The position numbers and the translations under genes were made by a program. The notes beneath the pieces were generated by a model. The model was not told the DNA's origin. It worked only from the letters and a program-made list of their open reading frames with translations, and searched no databases. Positions 1 to 10,886 of a stretch of DNA of 64,000 nt are shown here, piece by piece (within the stretch, counting starts at the first letter, position 1; each line of letters opens with the position of its first letter). Origin of the DNA: Candidatus Bathyarchaeia archaeon (lineage in GTDB: Archaea > Thermoproteota > Bathyarchaeia > TCS64); assembly GCA_050014495.1 (NCBI GenBank), contig JBEKDF010000011.1, forward strand, positions 1 through 64,000, read 5' to 3'.

Positions 1-235
1 CAGCAGCCTCGCAGTGGGCAGCTACACCCTCCAAGCAAGCATGAGTGGCTATGTTACTAATTCTGGCCAAGCCACCGTCACAGCCGGCAATGTAGTCTCC
101 TCATCGATAACACTTCAGACCCAATCCACCGGAGGCTCATCTTCAGGAGGAATACCCGGTTATACTTTTGAGGAGATCATGGCTGGCATCATTCTCAGCA
201 TCGTGGTACTCATCTGGTTGCGGAGGAGACAGTAA
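1..235 (+). CDS. C-terminal part of a cell-surface protein (PEGA/carboxypeptidase-regulatory-like repeat) with GGIPGY-TM-basic tail sorting signal; 5' truncated by window
   Basis: GSYTLQASMSGY beta-repeat, Ser/Gly linker, IPGY motif, hydrophobic helix, RRRQ tail. Confidence 0.7.
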   Translation, partial: SSLAVGSYTLQASMSGYVTNSGQATVTAGNVVSSSITLQTQSTGGSSSGGIPGYTFEEIMAGIILSIVVLIWLRRRQ

Positions 236-378
236 GACCTCAGCCTAACCCCTTTTCAACTTTTTCTCAGAACAACGCGCGCGTGCGCACCCGAGAGACA
301 AGAAATAAAAAAGTGAGAATAACAAGCTAAATTTTATATTCTCTCGCCCTCCACAAGGATTCGAGAGGAAAAGAAGTT

Positions 379-804
379 TTGCAGCAATCAAACCCCACAC
401 AGCCAGCTGCACCCACAGCACCCGCTGCGCCTGCAGCTATCATGCCAACAGCGCCAAAGAAGGCAACTATAGGCTTCGTGTTATCCCTCGTAGGAGCCGT
501 ATTCATTCTAGTACAAGGCGTAGTTAGAATCTTCAGAGGCGAAGCCTTAACATTCCTCGGCTCTGACACGATCCGCCTAAGAGTACTCTCAGGACTAAGA
601 GTAGAGGCTGTCGGCGCAATCGCCATGGTATTCGCAATAATAATTCTGGTTGGAGCATACTTCATTTACCATGTGGGGACCGAGACCGCCGGTGGAATCA
701 TAGTTCTGATCTTTGCTGCGCTGAGCATCATAACAGGCGGTGGCTGGCTCATCGGCTTCATACTAGGAATCATTGGCGGCATTATGGGCCTATTAAAGAA
801 ATAA
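379..804 (+). CDS. small multi-pass membrane protein (DUF4064-like)
   Basis: Pro/Ala-rich N-terminus, hydrophobic Gly-rich helices, GFILGIIGG end. Confidence 0.65.
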   Translation: MQQSNPTQPAAPTAPAAPAAIMPTAPKKATIGFVLSLVGAVFILVQGVVRIFRGEALTFLGSDTIRLRVLSGLRVEAVGAIAMVFAIIILVGAYFIYHVGTETAGGIIVLIFAALSIITGGGWLIGFILGIIGGIMGLLKK

Positions 805-1042
805 CAGCCGCATATCTGAAACACTATTTTTCTGTGTAACCCACTCTCCTCTTTCTTATTACCCGACTATCTTGGTTATCTTTGTGGCTATCTGCGCGTG
901 CGCAGTAAGTAAACTGAAAAGAAAGCATGCAAGTCATCCCTTTTCATAAATGCGTGAGCTCCTAAGAATGCAGCCTCACGCGCATTACGATTCAATACAT
1001 CAGGCTTAATAGCACTTCACACAAGAACCTTTATGACTGAAT

Positions 1043-1345
1043 ATGAGGGCGCTTGAAGAGTTACTTGGTAAGCTCATAGTCGACTCGAAGGGAAACGAGG
1101 TCGGTAAGATAGACGATGTCGAGGTAGACCTAAATTCGAAGCTAGTCGAAGCCATAGTCGTCAAGGGCAAGGGCATACTAGCAAAGCAGTTCCAAGCCGA
1201 GAAACTGGCCTCATTGATGAAGAGGCTTAGAATCACGAAGACCGAGGACTTACTGATACCATTCGACGAGGTGCAGGCCATAGGAAAATACGTCGTCCTC
1301 AAGAGCGGGATAGATCAAGCAAACGAGCCCCCAACTCCAAGTTAA
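1043..1345 (+). CDS. PRC-barrel domain protein
   Basis: LLGKLIVDSKGNEVGKIDDVEVD ... IPFDEVQAIGKYVVL signature. Confidence 0.85.
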   Translation: MRALEELLGKLIVDSKGNEVGKIDDVEVDLNSKLVEAIVVKGKGILAKQFQAEKLASLMKRLRITKTEDLLIPFDEVQAIGKYVVLKSGIDQANEPPTPS

Positions 1346-1446
1346 AGAATTCCATCAGTTTCCAAAACCGCAAATTGTTCACGATCACGCCAACTACTTA
1401 CAAAGCATTCATTTGAAATACTATTGGATCAAAATGAATCGATGCC

Positions 1447-2019
1447 ATGACGAGGACCGATGAGATGGCGGAGCAGTTTAAGGAATCCATAATCGGAAGG
1501 CTTGGACCAGAAGCTGAGGAAACCATATTCAACGGCAAAGCTGCTCCCAACGATCCTGCGAAGCGTGCACTATGGGTCAAAGAAGCCCTAACTAACCTCG
1601 ACAAGACCACAGAGAAGAAAATCTGCAACGAGATTATGCATGGGAACTGAGTCAACTGCGCAAACCATAACATAAGCATAGTAAAAAACTCCCTCAAAAG
1701 ACGGGCAAAGTACACGAGTTTGGACACATTCATAGACGCGGAGATCAAGAAACCCGTCAAGGGGACCATCCTGAGACGCGATGGCGACACCTTGACCCTC
1801 AGCTATCTCCCCCAGAAATTCTCCCACCCCATGCGTTGTTTCTGCGGCCTCGTGAACAGCCTCCCTAAAGATGAGATCTTGTCAGAGACATACTGTGGCT
1901 GCAGTGTAGGCTTTGTGGAAACGTGGTGGAGCCAGGTTGTAGGCAAACCCGTGAAGGTGCAGCTATTAGAATCAGCAATCACTGGCTCGGATGTTTGTCG
2001 GTTCCGGATCACATGGTGA
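1447..2019 (+). pseudogene. Cys-rich DUF6144/V4R-like protein interrupted by one in-frame TGA (1648-1650)
   Basis: ORFs 1447-1650 and 1720-2019 share a frame, and the linker is open (N*VNCANHNISIVKNS); CFCG and YCGCS motifs, VQLLESAITGSDVCRF end. Confidence 0.7.
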
Positions 2020-2132
2020 GGCAAATCATTATTCTAGGCGTATGGACGCGCAAAGCTGCTAATAACGCGTACTTCTTTGGATACAGCCTCGTGAAGCTTA
2101 AGTCCCCATAATCCTCCAGTGACTCGATCACC

Positions 2133-3071
2133 TTGAAGCGCTATAATGTCCAGGGCTCATGGCCAGCCCTAGTAACCCCCTTCGACGAACATGGGGAAGT
2201 CAACATTGAATCCCTCAGAAAGCTCATAGACTTCCACATCGAGTTCGGTAGCAACGGGGTCCTTCTCCTCGGCTCCACTGGGGAGCCTATCCTATTGACT
2301 AGGGATGAGAGGCGGAGGATAGTTGAGGCCTCAGTCGACCACGCGAATGGGCGAATACCAATAATGTGCGGCATCTCAGCACCATCCACAAGGGAGACCA
2401 TCGAGAATGGCCGACACGCGAAAGACGTCGGTGCAGACCTCGGACTGATGGTTCAGCCACCCTACGTTAAGCCCACACAAGCCGCCATCTACAAGTACTT
2501 TAAAGACGTCGCGGACCAGGTTGACCTCCCCCTCGTAATATACAACAACCCCGACAGATGCGTCGTCAACGTGGAGCCCGAGACCGTGGCCCGCCTGGCC
2601 CAGCACCCCAACTTCGTCGCCATCAAGGAGGCGGGCCCGAGTCCCTACGCTGAGATGAGGGTAATCGAGCTCACGAAGGGTGAGTTCAATGTACTCTGCT
2701 GTGACTGCGCTTTCTACGCACACATACCCGTCGTAATGGCCAGCGGCGGAAAGGGAACAAGTAACGTCACAGGCAGTATCTGCCCAACCGAGTTCGTGGA
2801 GATGAGTAAACCTTGGGAGAACTACGACGACGTCCTTCGGACTCGCAAAATCCTCTACACCTTCCTACCCCTCATCAGGATGATGTACAGTGAAAGCAAC
2901 CCAGTCCCCCTCAAGTCAGCATTAAACATGCTCGGGGCTAAGGTTGGGAAACCTAGGCCGCCTCTGACGGAGCTATCAGAAGCAAACGTAGCAACCCTCA
3001 GGCAGACGATGCAGCGCCTCGGAATACTCTCAGAGGACTCCTACCAGATGAGTTTCTTTAAAAAGAAATAA
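2133..3071 (+). CDS. dapA: 4-hydroxy-tetrahydrodipicolinate synthase / DapA family aldolase
   Basis: ALVTPF, GSTGE, YNNP, KEAG, NPVPLK motifs. Confidence 0.85.
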   Translation: MKRYNVQGSWPALVTPFDEHGEVNIESLRKLIDFHIEFGSNGVLLLGSTGEPILLTRDERRRIVEASVDHANGRIPIMCGISAPSTRETIENGRHAKDVGADLGLMVQPPYVKPTQAAIYKYFKDVADQVDLPLVIYNNPDRCVVNVEPETVARLAQHPNFVAIKEAGPSPYAEMRVIELTKGEFNVLCCDCAFYAHIPVVMASGGKGTSNVTGSICPTEFVEMSKPWENYDDVLRTRKILYTFLPLIRMMYSESNPVPLKSALNMLGAKVGKPRPPLTELSEANVATLRQTMQRLGILSEDSYQMSFFKKK

Positions 3072-3177
3072 TACTCGCTACTAATAGTTTGATTCTATAT
3101 CCGCGTCATATTAGCGCGCGCAAGTTCGCAAACGATTATATAAATAGAACAAATATCGTGATCCACAAGTGACTTAG

Positions 3178-3408
3178 ATGGTTGATTTAACCCTCGATGA
3201 GTTGAAGAAGTCTAACGGCAAAAACGGGAACCCTTCATATTTGGCGTATAAGGGAGTCATCTATGATGTTTCAGACAGTACATGGTTTACCGATGGGGAA
3301 CATTTTGATATTCACAGCTGTGGCCAGGACCTAACAGAGGAGATTAGTGAGGCCCCACACGACGATGATGTCTTTTCCAATATTCAGAAGATTGGTAAAT
3401 TAATTTAG
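3178..3408 (+). CDS. cytochrome b5-like heme/steroid-binding domain protein
   Basis: YKGVIYDVS..W..G.H...H..GQDLT....APH pattern. Confidence 0.85.
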   Translation: MVDLTLDELKKSNGKNGNPSYLAYKGVIYDVSDSTWFTDGEHFDIHSCGQDLTEEISEAPHDDDVFSNIQKIGKLI

Positions 3409-3517
3409 ATCTACGAGTGGATGAGCCCGATCCGTTAAATCCTTTTTTTCTTCTTCAGGGCCTAAATCACATGTAGTTTAATTAAGAATAATAAATGCAA
3501 TTACCCTCTGGTGATTT

Positions 3518-4060
3518 ATGAGTCGTTCAGGCAAGCACCTCGGATTCTTGTTCCACCTCGATGAAATGAGGTTTAAGATTTGGCTAGATGGCAACTCCCT
3601 CGCCTGCCTCAAAGAGATCGGGATCCGAGAAGGACAAACTGTCTTAGACATAGGCTGCGGCTCTGGCACATTCACGATTCCCTCCGCTACTCTAGTAGGC
3701 GAAACAGGGATAATATACGCCCTTGACATCGATGATAAAAGCTTAGAAAAACTGCGAAGCAAAGCAGAAAAAGCGGGTCTAAAAAACATCAGAATACTAC
3801 ACACTTCAGCGAATGAAAAGATAAAAATAGATGACAACTCCATCGACCACGTCCTGCTAATAGACGTCCTCCAGGAAGTATCCAACAAGGACCTGCTATT
3901 CGAGGAGGTGAAGAAAGTCCTAAGAACCGGGGGAATATTGACGGTGTTCCCTATGCACATCACCGATGATGAGGTCATCAAGCTAGCTAAAGAGAATGAC
4001 ATTGAATTACTGAGCCGAAAATTCGATGACCGTTTACTGGTATTCACAAAAAATAATTAA
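3518..4060 (+). CDS. class I SAM-dependent methyltransferase
   Basis: VLDIGCGSG motif I, ALDID, VLRTGG. Confidence 0.85.
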   Translation: MSRSGKHLGFLFHLDEMRFKIWLDGNSLACLKEIGIREGQTVLDIGCGSGTFTIPSATLVGETGIIYALDIDDKSLEKLRSKAEKAGLKNIRILHTSANEKIKIDDNSIDHVLLIDVLQEVSNKDLLFEEVKKVLRTGGILTVFPMHITDDEVIKLAKENDIELLSRKFDDRLLVFTKNN

Positions 4061-4157
4061 GTGAACTGTACATTAACTCGCACGCACACGCCCCCACGAG
4101 GATTGCGATCACCTTAAGGTTCACATCATAGTCTACTAACGAAGTTGGGAGACCCCT

Positions 4158-5111
4158 ATGTCCACAAACGAGTCAACTGAGATGGTCACTGTGACCAGCC
4201 TCACGAAGATCTACAAGGGAAGCGTCAAGGCAGTCGATGGAGTGAGTCTCACAATCCAGAAGGGCGAGGTCTTCGGCCTACTCGGCCCCAACGGGGCGGG
4301 GAAAACGACGACTCTACACATGCTCTCCACCATACTGAAGCCAACGAGCGGGGAAGCGAAAGTTAACGGCTTCGACGTCGCTAAGCAGCCTGGGAGAGTA
4401 AGGCAGAGCATCGGGATAGTCTTCCAGGACCCAAGCTCGGATGAGCTGCTGACGGGCTACGAGAACCTGAGGATGCACGCCCTTCTATACGGCGTACCCG
4501 GCTCAATCAGACGTCAACGCATCGACGAGGTGCTCGATCTAGTCGACCTAAAAGATAGGAGAAACGATCTCCTGAAGAACTACTCAGGCGGGATGCGGAG
4601 GAGGCTAGAGATCGCGAGGGGGCTACTCCACAGGCCTAAGGTCCTATTCCTCGACGAGCCGACGCTGGGCCTCGACCCCCAGACACGAGAACACATCTGG
4701 GAGTACATCGAGAAACTCGTGAAGGAGGAGAAACTCACAATCATCATAACGACCCACTACATGGATGAAGCCGACAGACTCTGCGACCGGATAGCCATCA
4801 TGGACAAGGGAGCGATAATCGTCCTAGATACACCCGATGAGTTGAAGAGGAGCCTCGGCGGAGACATCGTCAAGATCAAAGCAAAGACGCCAAACTTCTT
4901 CGCTCTGGAGGCGCTCGACTACGTGAAGCTGGTCGAGGCCGATGGCGAGGAAGTGAAACTCACCGTCGATGACGCGGGTACTCATATCCAGGAGATCCTA
5001 AGCGTCATCGGAAAGGTCGACTCAGTAGAGTTGCGACCACCATCACTAAGCGACGTCTTTCTGAAGTATACGGGGCGAGAATACCGTGAACAGGGAGGCG
5101 GTGGTTCTTGA
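4158..5111 (+). CDS. ABC exporter ATP-binding protein (DrrA-like)
   Basis: GPNGAGKT, YSGGM, FLDEP, TTHYM. Confidence 0.95.
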   Translation: MSTNESTEMVTVTSLTKIYKGSVKAVDGVSLTIQKGEVFGLLGPNGAGKTTTLHMLSTILKPTSGEAKVNGFDVAKQPGRVRQSIGIVFQDPSSDELLTGYENLRMHALLYGVPGSIRRQRIDEVLDLVDLKDRRNDLLKNYSGGMRRRLEIARGLLHRPKVLFLDEPTLGLDPQTREHIWEYIEKLVKEEKLTIIITTHYMDEADRLCDRIAIMDKGAIIVLDTPDELKRSLGGDIVKIKAKTPNFFALEALDYVKLVEADGEEVKLTVDDAGTHIQEILSVIGKVDSVELRPPSLSDVFLKYTGREYREQGGGGS

Positions 5112-5854
5112 CCGAGCTTACCGGACTCTACGCGATCTGGGAACGAGAGGTCAGAGTCTACCTCCGGGAGAGATCGAGAGTCATCTCATCAATAGTGAGC
5201 CCGATACTCTGGCTCGTAGTCTACGGCGTTGGACTAGGCTCCCAGTTCAACGTCTCAGGCATGAGCTACCAATCATACATCTACCCCGGAATCATCGTCA
5301 TGGCGCTGATATTCTCCTCGGTCTTCTACGGGGCCAGCATCGTCTGGGACAAGAAGATGGACTTCCTGAAGGAGGTGCTAGTTGCGCCGGTGAGAAGAAG
5401 CACAGCCTTCATGGGCAAGGTGGCCGGTGGGGCCACTGATGGATTGATCCAAGCTACAATAATACTCCTACTCTCGCCCTTCTTCGGAGTAAATGTGGGT
5501 CTAATCCTAGTCCTCGTCTACTTATTCATGTTCATACTACTCATCGGGCTCGTAAGCATCGGACTCCTCATCGGCAGCTTCATGGAGTCAAGCGAGGGCT
5601 TCAGCCTAATAGGTGGGTTCATAGTATTCCCACTCTTCTTCCTCTCAGGGGCACTATTCCCACTTAACAACCTGCCAGACTGGCTCCTCACCTTAACCAT
5701 AGCCAACCCGGTAACCTATGGTGTAGATGCGATGAGAGGCCTGATGCTCGGAACATACAGGTTCGGGCTCCTCATCGACTTCTCAGTCCTCATCATATTT
5801 GCTGCTGTTATGGTTGGACTCGGATCGATGGCTTTCAACAAGATGAAACTATAA
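5108..5854 (+). CDS. ABC-2 type permease
   Basis: Overlaps ATPase stop; FFLSGALFP, NPVTYGVDAMR. Confidence 0.9.
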   Translation: MTELTGLYAIWEREVRVYLRERSRVISSIVSPILWLVVYGVGLGSQFNVSGMSYQSYIYPGIIVMALIFSSVFYGASIVWDKKMDFLKEVLVAPVRRSTAFMGKVAGGATDGLIQATIILLLSPFFGVNVGLILVLVYLFMFILLIGLVSIGLLIGSFMESSEGFSLIGGFIVFPLFFLSGALFPLNNLPDWLLTLTIANPVTYGVDAMRGLMLGTYRFGLLIDFSVLIIFAAVMVGLGSMAFNKMKL

Positions 5855-5981
5855 ACCTGACACAAGCGCCTTAATCAGACGAATAACGCACGAAATGATT
5901 ATGGATGCATACGCAACGCCTAATACATTATCAACTATGAAAAATACTTCAAATTCCGTGGATCAAATCTAATAGTAGAGT

Positions 5982-6425
5982 TCACATAAGGTCAGGGTAG
6001 TATTGAGGCATCCAAAGATATTTTAGAACATCTTGTACTTCCTCTTTATCCACATAACTTCCAATGTTGCGCATTATATCTCCGGCTGTTAAGACGCCCA
6101 AGAGAGCCCCCTCTTTGACAACTACTAGTCTTCTAATCTTATGCTTGTTCATTTTATTGGCTGCTTCTGATAAATCCTCATCTGGGTCAACTACTATTAG
6201 AGGTGTCGACATTATTTCATCGATCTTCACGTTCTTGGGATCAAGGCCATTCGCAACAACTTTCCAAGCAATATCTTGTTCAGTCACGATGCCAAAGGGT
6301 TTGTCCTGCCTCAAAACTATTGAGCATGATTGTTTTTTTTCGCGCATACTCTTTGAAGCTTCTGTGACGGACATACCTTCGTGGATTATTACCACAGTTT
6401 TTCTCATAGCTTGAGCTACATTCAA
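5982..6425 (-). CDS. CBS domain protein
   Basis: GIVTEQDI, IMSTPLI, GVLTAGDI tandem CBS. Confidence 0.9.
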   Translation of the reverse strand: MNVAQAMRKTVVIIHEGMSVTEASKSMREKKQSCSIVLRQDKPFGIVTEQDIAWKVVANGLDPKNVKIDEIMSTPLIVVDPDEDLSEAANKMNKHKIRRLVVVKEGALLGVLTAGDIMRNIGSYVDKEEVQDVLKYLWMPQYYPDLM

Positions 6426-6579
6426 GGCCTTTTTCTCAATTACTTTAGAATAATCACACTATATTAAGAAATCGCTGCGCGCGCATTCGAGCTTCTCTAA
6501 ACGCAATGGTGGTCAAAGATAAAGAAGATTAGGGCATATGATGCATATGATATTCCAAATTTTTTAACTCCTACTTGAA

Positions 6580-7005
6580 TTATCTTAACATTGAGAAGTT
6601 TCGAGTAACATCCTTAACAATCTTGTCCGCGTATTCGCCAAATCTCAAAGCTAAGGTATTCGGGGTTATCACACCGTAGAAAATATTGTTTTTTACTACC
6701 AGAAGCAGATTCGCACCTCCTCGAATTATCTCCGAGGCGTGTATCATGTCGTCATCAGGGCTTATAGTCGAACACGATGTGGTCATAACATCCATGACCC
6801 TGATTTTAGCTGGGTCCAAGCCCGACGCTATGACTTTGGTTACAATATCTGTGGCGGAGACGAAGCCTTTCGGGATTCCCCTCTCCATTACAACTATGAG
6901 GTCGTGCACGCCATCAGCGATCATGTATGCTGCTTCAAGGATAGGTGTCTCAAAGCTTGTGACTGGGAAGCTAATCTCCATGAAATCCTTTACCTTGAAC
7001 GACAT
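6580..7005 (-). CDS. CBS domain protein
   Basis: VKDFM, GFVSATDI, VMDVMT; start taken at ATG 7005. Confidence 0.8.
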   Translation of the reverse strand: MSFKVKDFMEISFPVTSFETPILEAAYMIADGVHDLIVVMERGIPKGFVSATDIVTKVIASGLDPAKIRVMDVMTTSCSTISPDDDMIHASEIIRGGANLLLVVKNNIFYGVITPNTLALRFGEYADKIVKDVTRNFSMLR

Positions 7006-7167
7006 GGTTATCTCATGACTTCTTTGTCTTAAAAATGTAAGCAAGCCCGACATAAGCGAAAGTAGTAAAAAGCGCGTGCCAACTCCCTCTCTAAACTAAA
7101 TCCTTTGGCTCTGCACTCATTCATTTCAGTTATATATTGAAGGGGTAATTGACCATCTAGACAATCC

Positions 7168-8307
7168 ATGATAATTGGTATCCCAAGCGAGGTAAAGTCA
7201 GGAGAGAACAGAGTGGCACTAACACCCCAGGCCGTTGAATCCCTGAAAGAAAATGGACACCGCATCGTAGTTGAGAAGGATGCGGGAGTAGCTAGCGGCT
7301 TCGCAAACGAGGATTACATACGAGCTGGCGCCGAGATCACAGATAGCCATGAGGCAATATTCGAGTCGGATCTCATCGTAAAGGTGAAGGAGATCCTCCC
7401 CCAGGAGTTCGGGATACTCCGGGAGGGCAAGATCATCATGGCCTACCTCCACTTCACCGAGGGCCTACTAACATCGAAGCGCCCCCTGGCTGATGCACTG
7501 ATGAAGGCCAAGGTGATCGCCTTCTCATACGACACCGTCCAATCTAACGGATCAACTCCCCTCCTCGCCCCGATGAGCGAGATCGCTGGCCACAACGGCG
7601 TCATCATGGGTGCTTACCACCTCCAGACACACCTCGGAGGAGAGGGCGTCATGATTGGGAGAATGGCGGGATGCAGACCCGCCGAAGTCGTCATCATCGG
7701 CGGAGGCTCCGTCGGCACAGGCGCAGCGAAGGCAGCTGTTGGGCTCGGAGCTAACGTCACCATCCTCGACGTCAACGTTCGCCGCCTCAACGAATTGAAC
7801 GAGATCTTCGCCAACAAGGTAACCACGCTGGTCTCTGACACGCGCAACGTCGAGGAGTCCGTCAAGAAGGCCGACCTCGTCATCAACGGCGTCTTCTTCA
7901 ACCCACTCAGAACCAGGAAGAGGATCGTCACAAAAGAGATGGTAAGCCACATGAAGCCTGGGGCAGTCATAGTCGACATAGGCTGCGACCCTGACGGTCC
8001 CATCGAGACGTGTCAGGAGACACATCACGATCACCCCACATTCATATACGAAGGGGTCATACACTACTGCGTACCCAACGTGCCCGGGGCGGTCCCCAGA
8101 ACCGCATCCCAAGCCCTCTCAAACGCCATCCTACCCTATGTGAGAGACGTAGCAAACAAGGGATGGGTGAAGGCGGTGAGGGAGAACGCGGTTCTCAGGA
8201 CGGGTCTAAACATAGCCAATGGAGTGTTCGTCCACATGGAGGGAGCCGCCTGCCAGAAGATGGAATACCACGATCTGGAGGAATTCCTTAAGGAGAAAAT
8301 TATATAA
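7168..8307 (+). CDS. ald: alanine dehydrogenase (Ald type)
   Basis: IGIPSEVKSGENRVALTP, LLAPMSEIAG, GGGSVG, HYCVPNVPGAVPRT. Confidence 0.92.
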   Translation: MIIGIPSEVKSGENRVALTPQAVESLKENGHRIVVEKDAGVASGFANEDYIRAGAEITDSHEAIFESDLIVKVKEILPQEFGILREGKIIMAYLHFTEGLLTSKRPLADALMKAKVIAFSYDTVQSNGSTPLLAPMSEIAGHNGVIMGAYHLQTHLGGEGVMIGRMAGCRPAEVVIIGGGSVGTGAAKAAVGLGANVTILDVNVRRLNELNEIFANKVTTLVSDTRNVEESVKKADLVINGVFFNPLRTRKRIVTKEMVSHMKPGAVIVDIGCDPDGPIETCQETHHDHPTFIYEGVIHYCVPNVPGAVPRTASQALSNAILPYVRDVANKGWVKAVRENAVLRTGLNIANGVFVHMEGAACQKMEYHDLEEFLKEKII

Positions 8308-8427
8308 AATTCTCGCTGACGCGTGAAACTTATTTTAGGCTCGTAAAGGAGTTATTTCTACTTCGCGCGCATAGGTTCTATTTTCACGAGCACACTCATT
8401 CAGTCACGAGTCTAGTTGCCTGTGTAA

Positions 8428-9172
8428 TCATCCAAAAAGGTAGATCCACGCAACATAGACCAAGATATTTAGCACTGTTATGAACACCCCGCTCTTGAGA
8501 AAAGACAGAAAACTGAAGGAACGCCCACCCTGTTCTCAGCAGTCTCGAGGATGATGACATTACTTGCCGCGCCTAGAACAGTCAGGTTACCAGCTATAGT
8601 CGACCCCGAGGCTAGAGCCAACCAAGCGTATTGATGAGCACCGTTGAACCCCAGGCTCTTCATGACGTCGATGTAGAGCTTCACCAGTGGGACGTTGCTG
8701 AACACTTGACTCAGAAGAGTGCTCAACAGCATTATGTTGATGATCGCCGAACCCCTGTCCATTGGGTTCGGAGCGGTATGAGGTTTATGAAGATGTTAGC
8801 TGCGCCGGATTGCCAGAGGGCTCCCATGACCATAAACATGGTCAGGAAGAAGACGATGCTGCTCCAATCCACCTGGCGTAACAGTCCCCGCTTGTCCCTG
8901 GTGAGAGTGTAGATGGGAACCGACGCGAGGAACGCTATTATCCCAAGGTGCTCGGCGTGGGGGAGACCCCAGAGACTTAATAGGTCATTGAGGATGAAGC
9001 CCCCAACCGCGAGAACGAGGCAGGCTCCCGAGATCTTCGCCAACCCATAGTCGCTGATGTGTTCCTCCTCAATGACGACCATATTTTTCCCATCGACCCA
9101 TTTTCCACTCCTCTTAAGAGTAAACCAAAGATAGCCAGCGACGATTGCGAGGTTGATGAGGGTGGGGACCCC
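8428..9172 (-). pseudogene. ArsB/NhaD/SLC13-type anion permease, 5'-truncated and frameshifted
   Basis: Pieces in different frames: PTLINLAIV, VDWSSIVFFLTMF, SQVFSNVP, STIAGNLTVLGAASNVII, FSFLSFLKSG...*. Confidence 0.8.
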
Positions 9173-9902
9173 CGCGCGCGCACGGTGAGAGAGCGACCGC
9201 TTTCATGGACGTTGGCGACGACAACTACCAGGTACCCGGGTTGTAATCAAAGGAATACTCTCGGGTTGTTCGGGGGACGCATGCACACGCGCATATATCT
9301 CCTATACAGTGTGTGCATTGTTCCCGTTTACTATGGGATATTTGCTCTATTCGTGCGCAGTAATTCAATTGTGTATCGTTAGCTCTCAAACCGCTTTTTT
9401 ATTTGCGCATTCATTGTTGTTTTTCTTCTATGTATAAGCCTACTAAGTTTGAATGATGCTTTATTCCTTAATATGGTTCAAATAAATGCGTTTTAACTGC
9501 CTTAGTAAAGCCTAAGCCCCTGTTTATTCATCGAATCTTTACTTGAAATGGTTTGTTTGATATGGTTAGAGTTCGCATTGGTTGCTTGTATTATATGGTA
9601 GTATACGTTGCTCTATGAGCTCTTTAGATAGACTAGTGTAACTGCATCAATAAACCCACTAGAACCACTATTATGAGTATCTGCTGCTACTACTACTGCG
9701 CTAGCATAGGGGGTTAAGGTAACTAATTGTGTAAAGGGAAGGATAGATGTGGTGGCGCGTGTATATGCGCATCGTTAGTGTTATTGTCTTTCGATAGTTT
9801 TTGAGAATGTATCCGATTGTGCATATTTACGTTTTGTCAGATTTTTGATTATTGTATTAAATGCTATATGGTGACACGTTATTTTTATTTCAGTGGTCTC
9901 CG

Positions 9903-10673
9903 ATGCCTAAGATGAAGAAGGAGAAGTCAGACGAAATCGTAAGGCTCCTTAATGAGGGTTACACGAATGTGGAGATTGCGAAAAAGACCCACATAAGTGA
10001 GGGGACTGTGAGTAGGCTAAGGGGCAGGCTGAAGAAGAGTAATGATGGTGTCGCTAAGGTGGAGGTGAAGAGTGAATCGTCAGCTTCGATAAATGTTCTC
10101 CTGTCGGGGGAATCTCTGAAGAAGCTCGGGGCGATCCAAGTTGTCCTTGGCTGCAATACACTGGATGAGGCAGTTGATCTACTGCACAGCGACGTGCCAA
10201 AGATGATGTCCTATAAGTTCAAGGCCTACCCAGATTTTCACGGAACGCCGGGCGATGTCTTCAAAGAGGTTGTTGAGACCTCTAGGCTGTTTAGCGAAGT
10301 TACCGACCCTCGGAACAGGGAGACTGAACTTCAGTCTGAGGTATTGGCTAAAATGGGAATGAGTTGGTTCATTAAAGGACTCTACAGGCTCGAATGAAGA
10401 AATGAGACTCTTGTCCAGTTTATGGAAAGGAATTTGCTCGACTATTACAAGGAGAAGGGTTGGTCGTTTAAAAAGAAATTTAGGGATGAGTTGAGGCAGA
10501 TGGACCCCACATTGGAGGGTGAGCTAACTGGAGACTTGTTATCGATTCATCCACCCAATAGTGATTCATGGTTCTTCCCCATTGAGACAGAACATTACTT
10601 CGGAGTCATGACCGAGCCGTCCGAAAAAATGGCCTGGATTAGCTTGATGAAAACTGGGATAAAGCCACCTTAG
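9903..10673 (+). pseudogene. HTH DNA-binding protein interrupted by one in-frame TGA (10395-10397), or two adjacent genes
   Basis: GYTNVEIAKKTHISEGTVSR HTH; ORF 10422-10673 in the same frame with open linker E*RNETLVQFM. Confidence 0.55.
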
Positions 10674-10886
10674 CATGAGAATAATGACTCCCGTTATAAT
10701 ATCAAGGATGAGGCAAAATAGCCTCTGCTCCCCATTTAGAAACCCCAACTTTTAAACAATCAAGCGCGCGCATATTCAATTCTAACTATTCCAAAGAAAC
10801 TCCACCTGATAGCCTCTACCTATGAGGAATTCAGTAAAACGCATCTTGGATGATAAGCGCGAGTCTCTGCATGCCAGCTTATTCGA

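Noticed and set aside
9383..9860. Replication origin
   Set aside because: AT-rich, but no ORB-like repeats were recognised and there is no cdc6/orc1 nearby.
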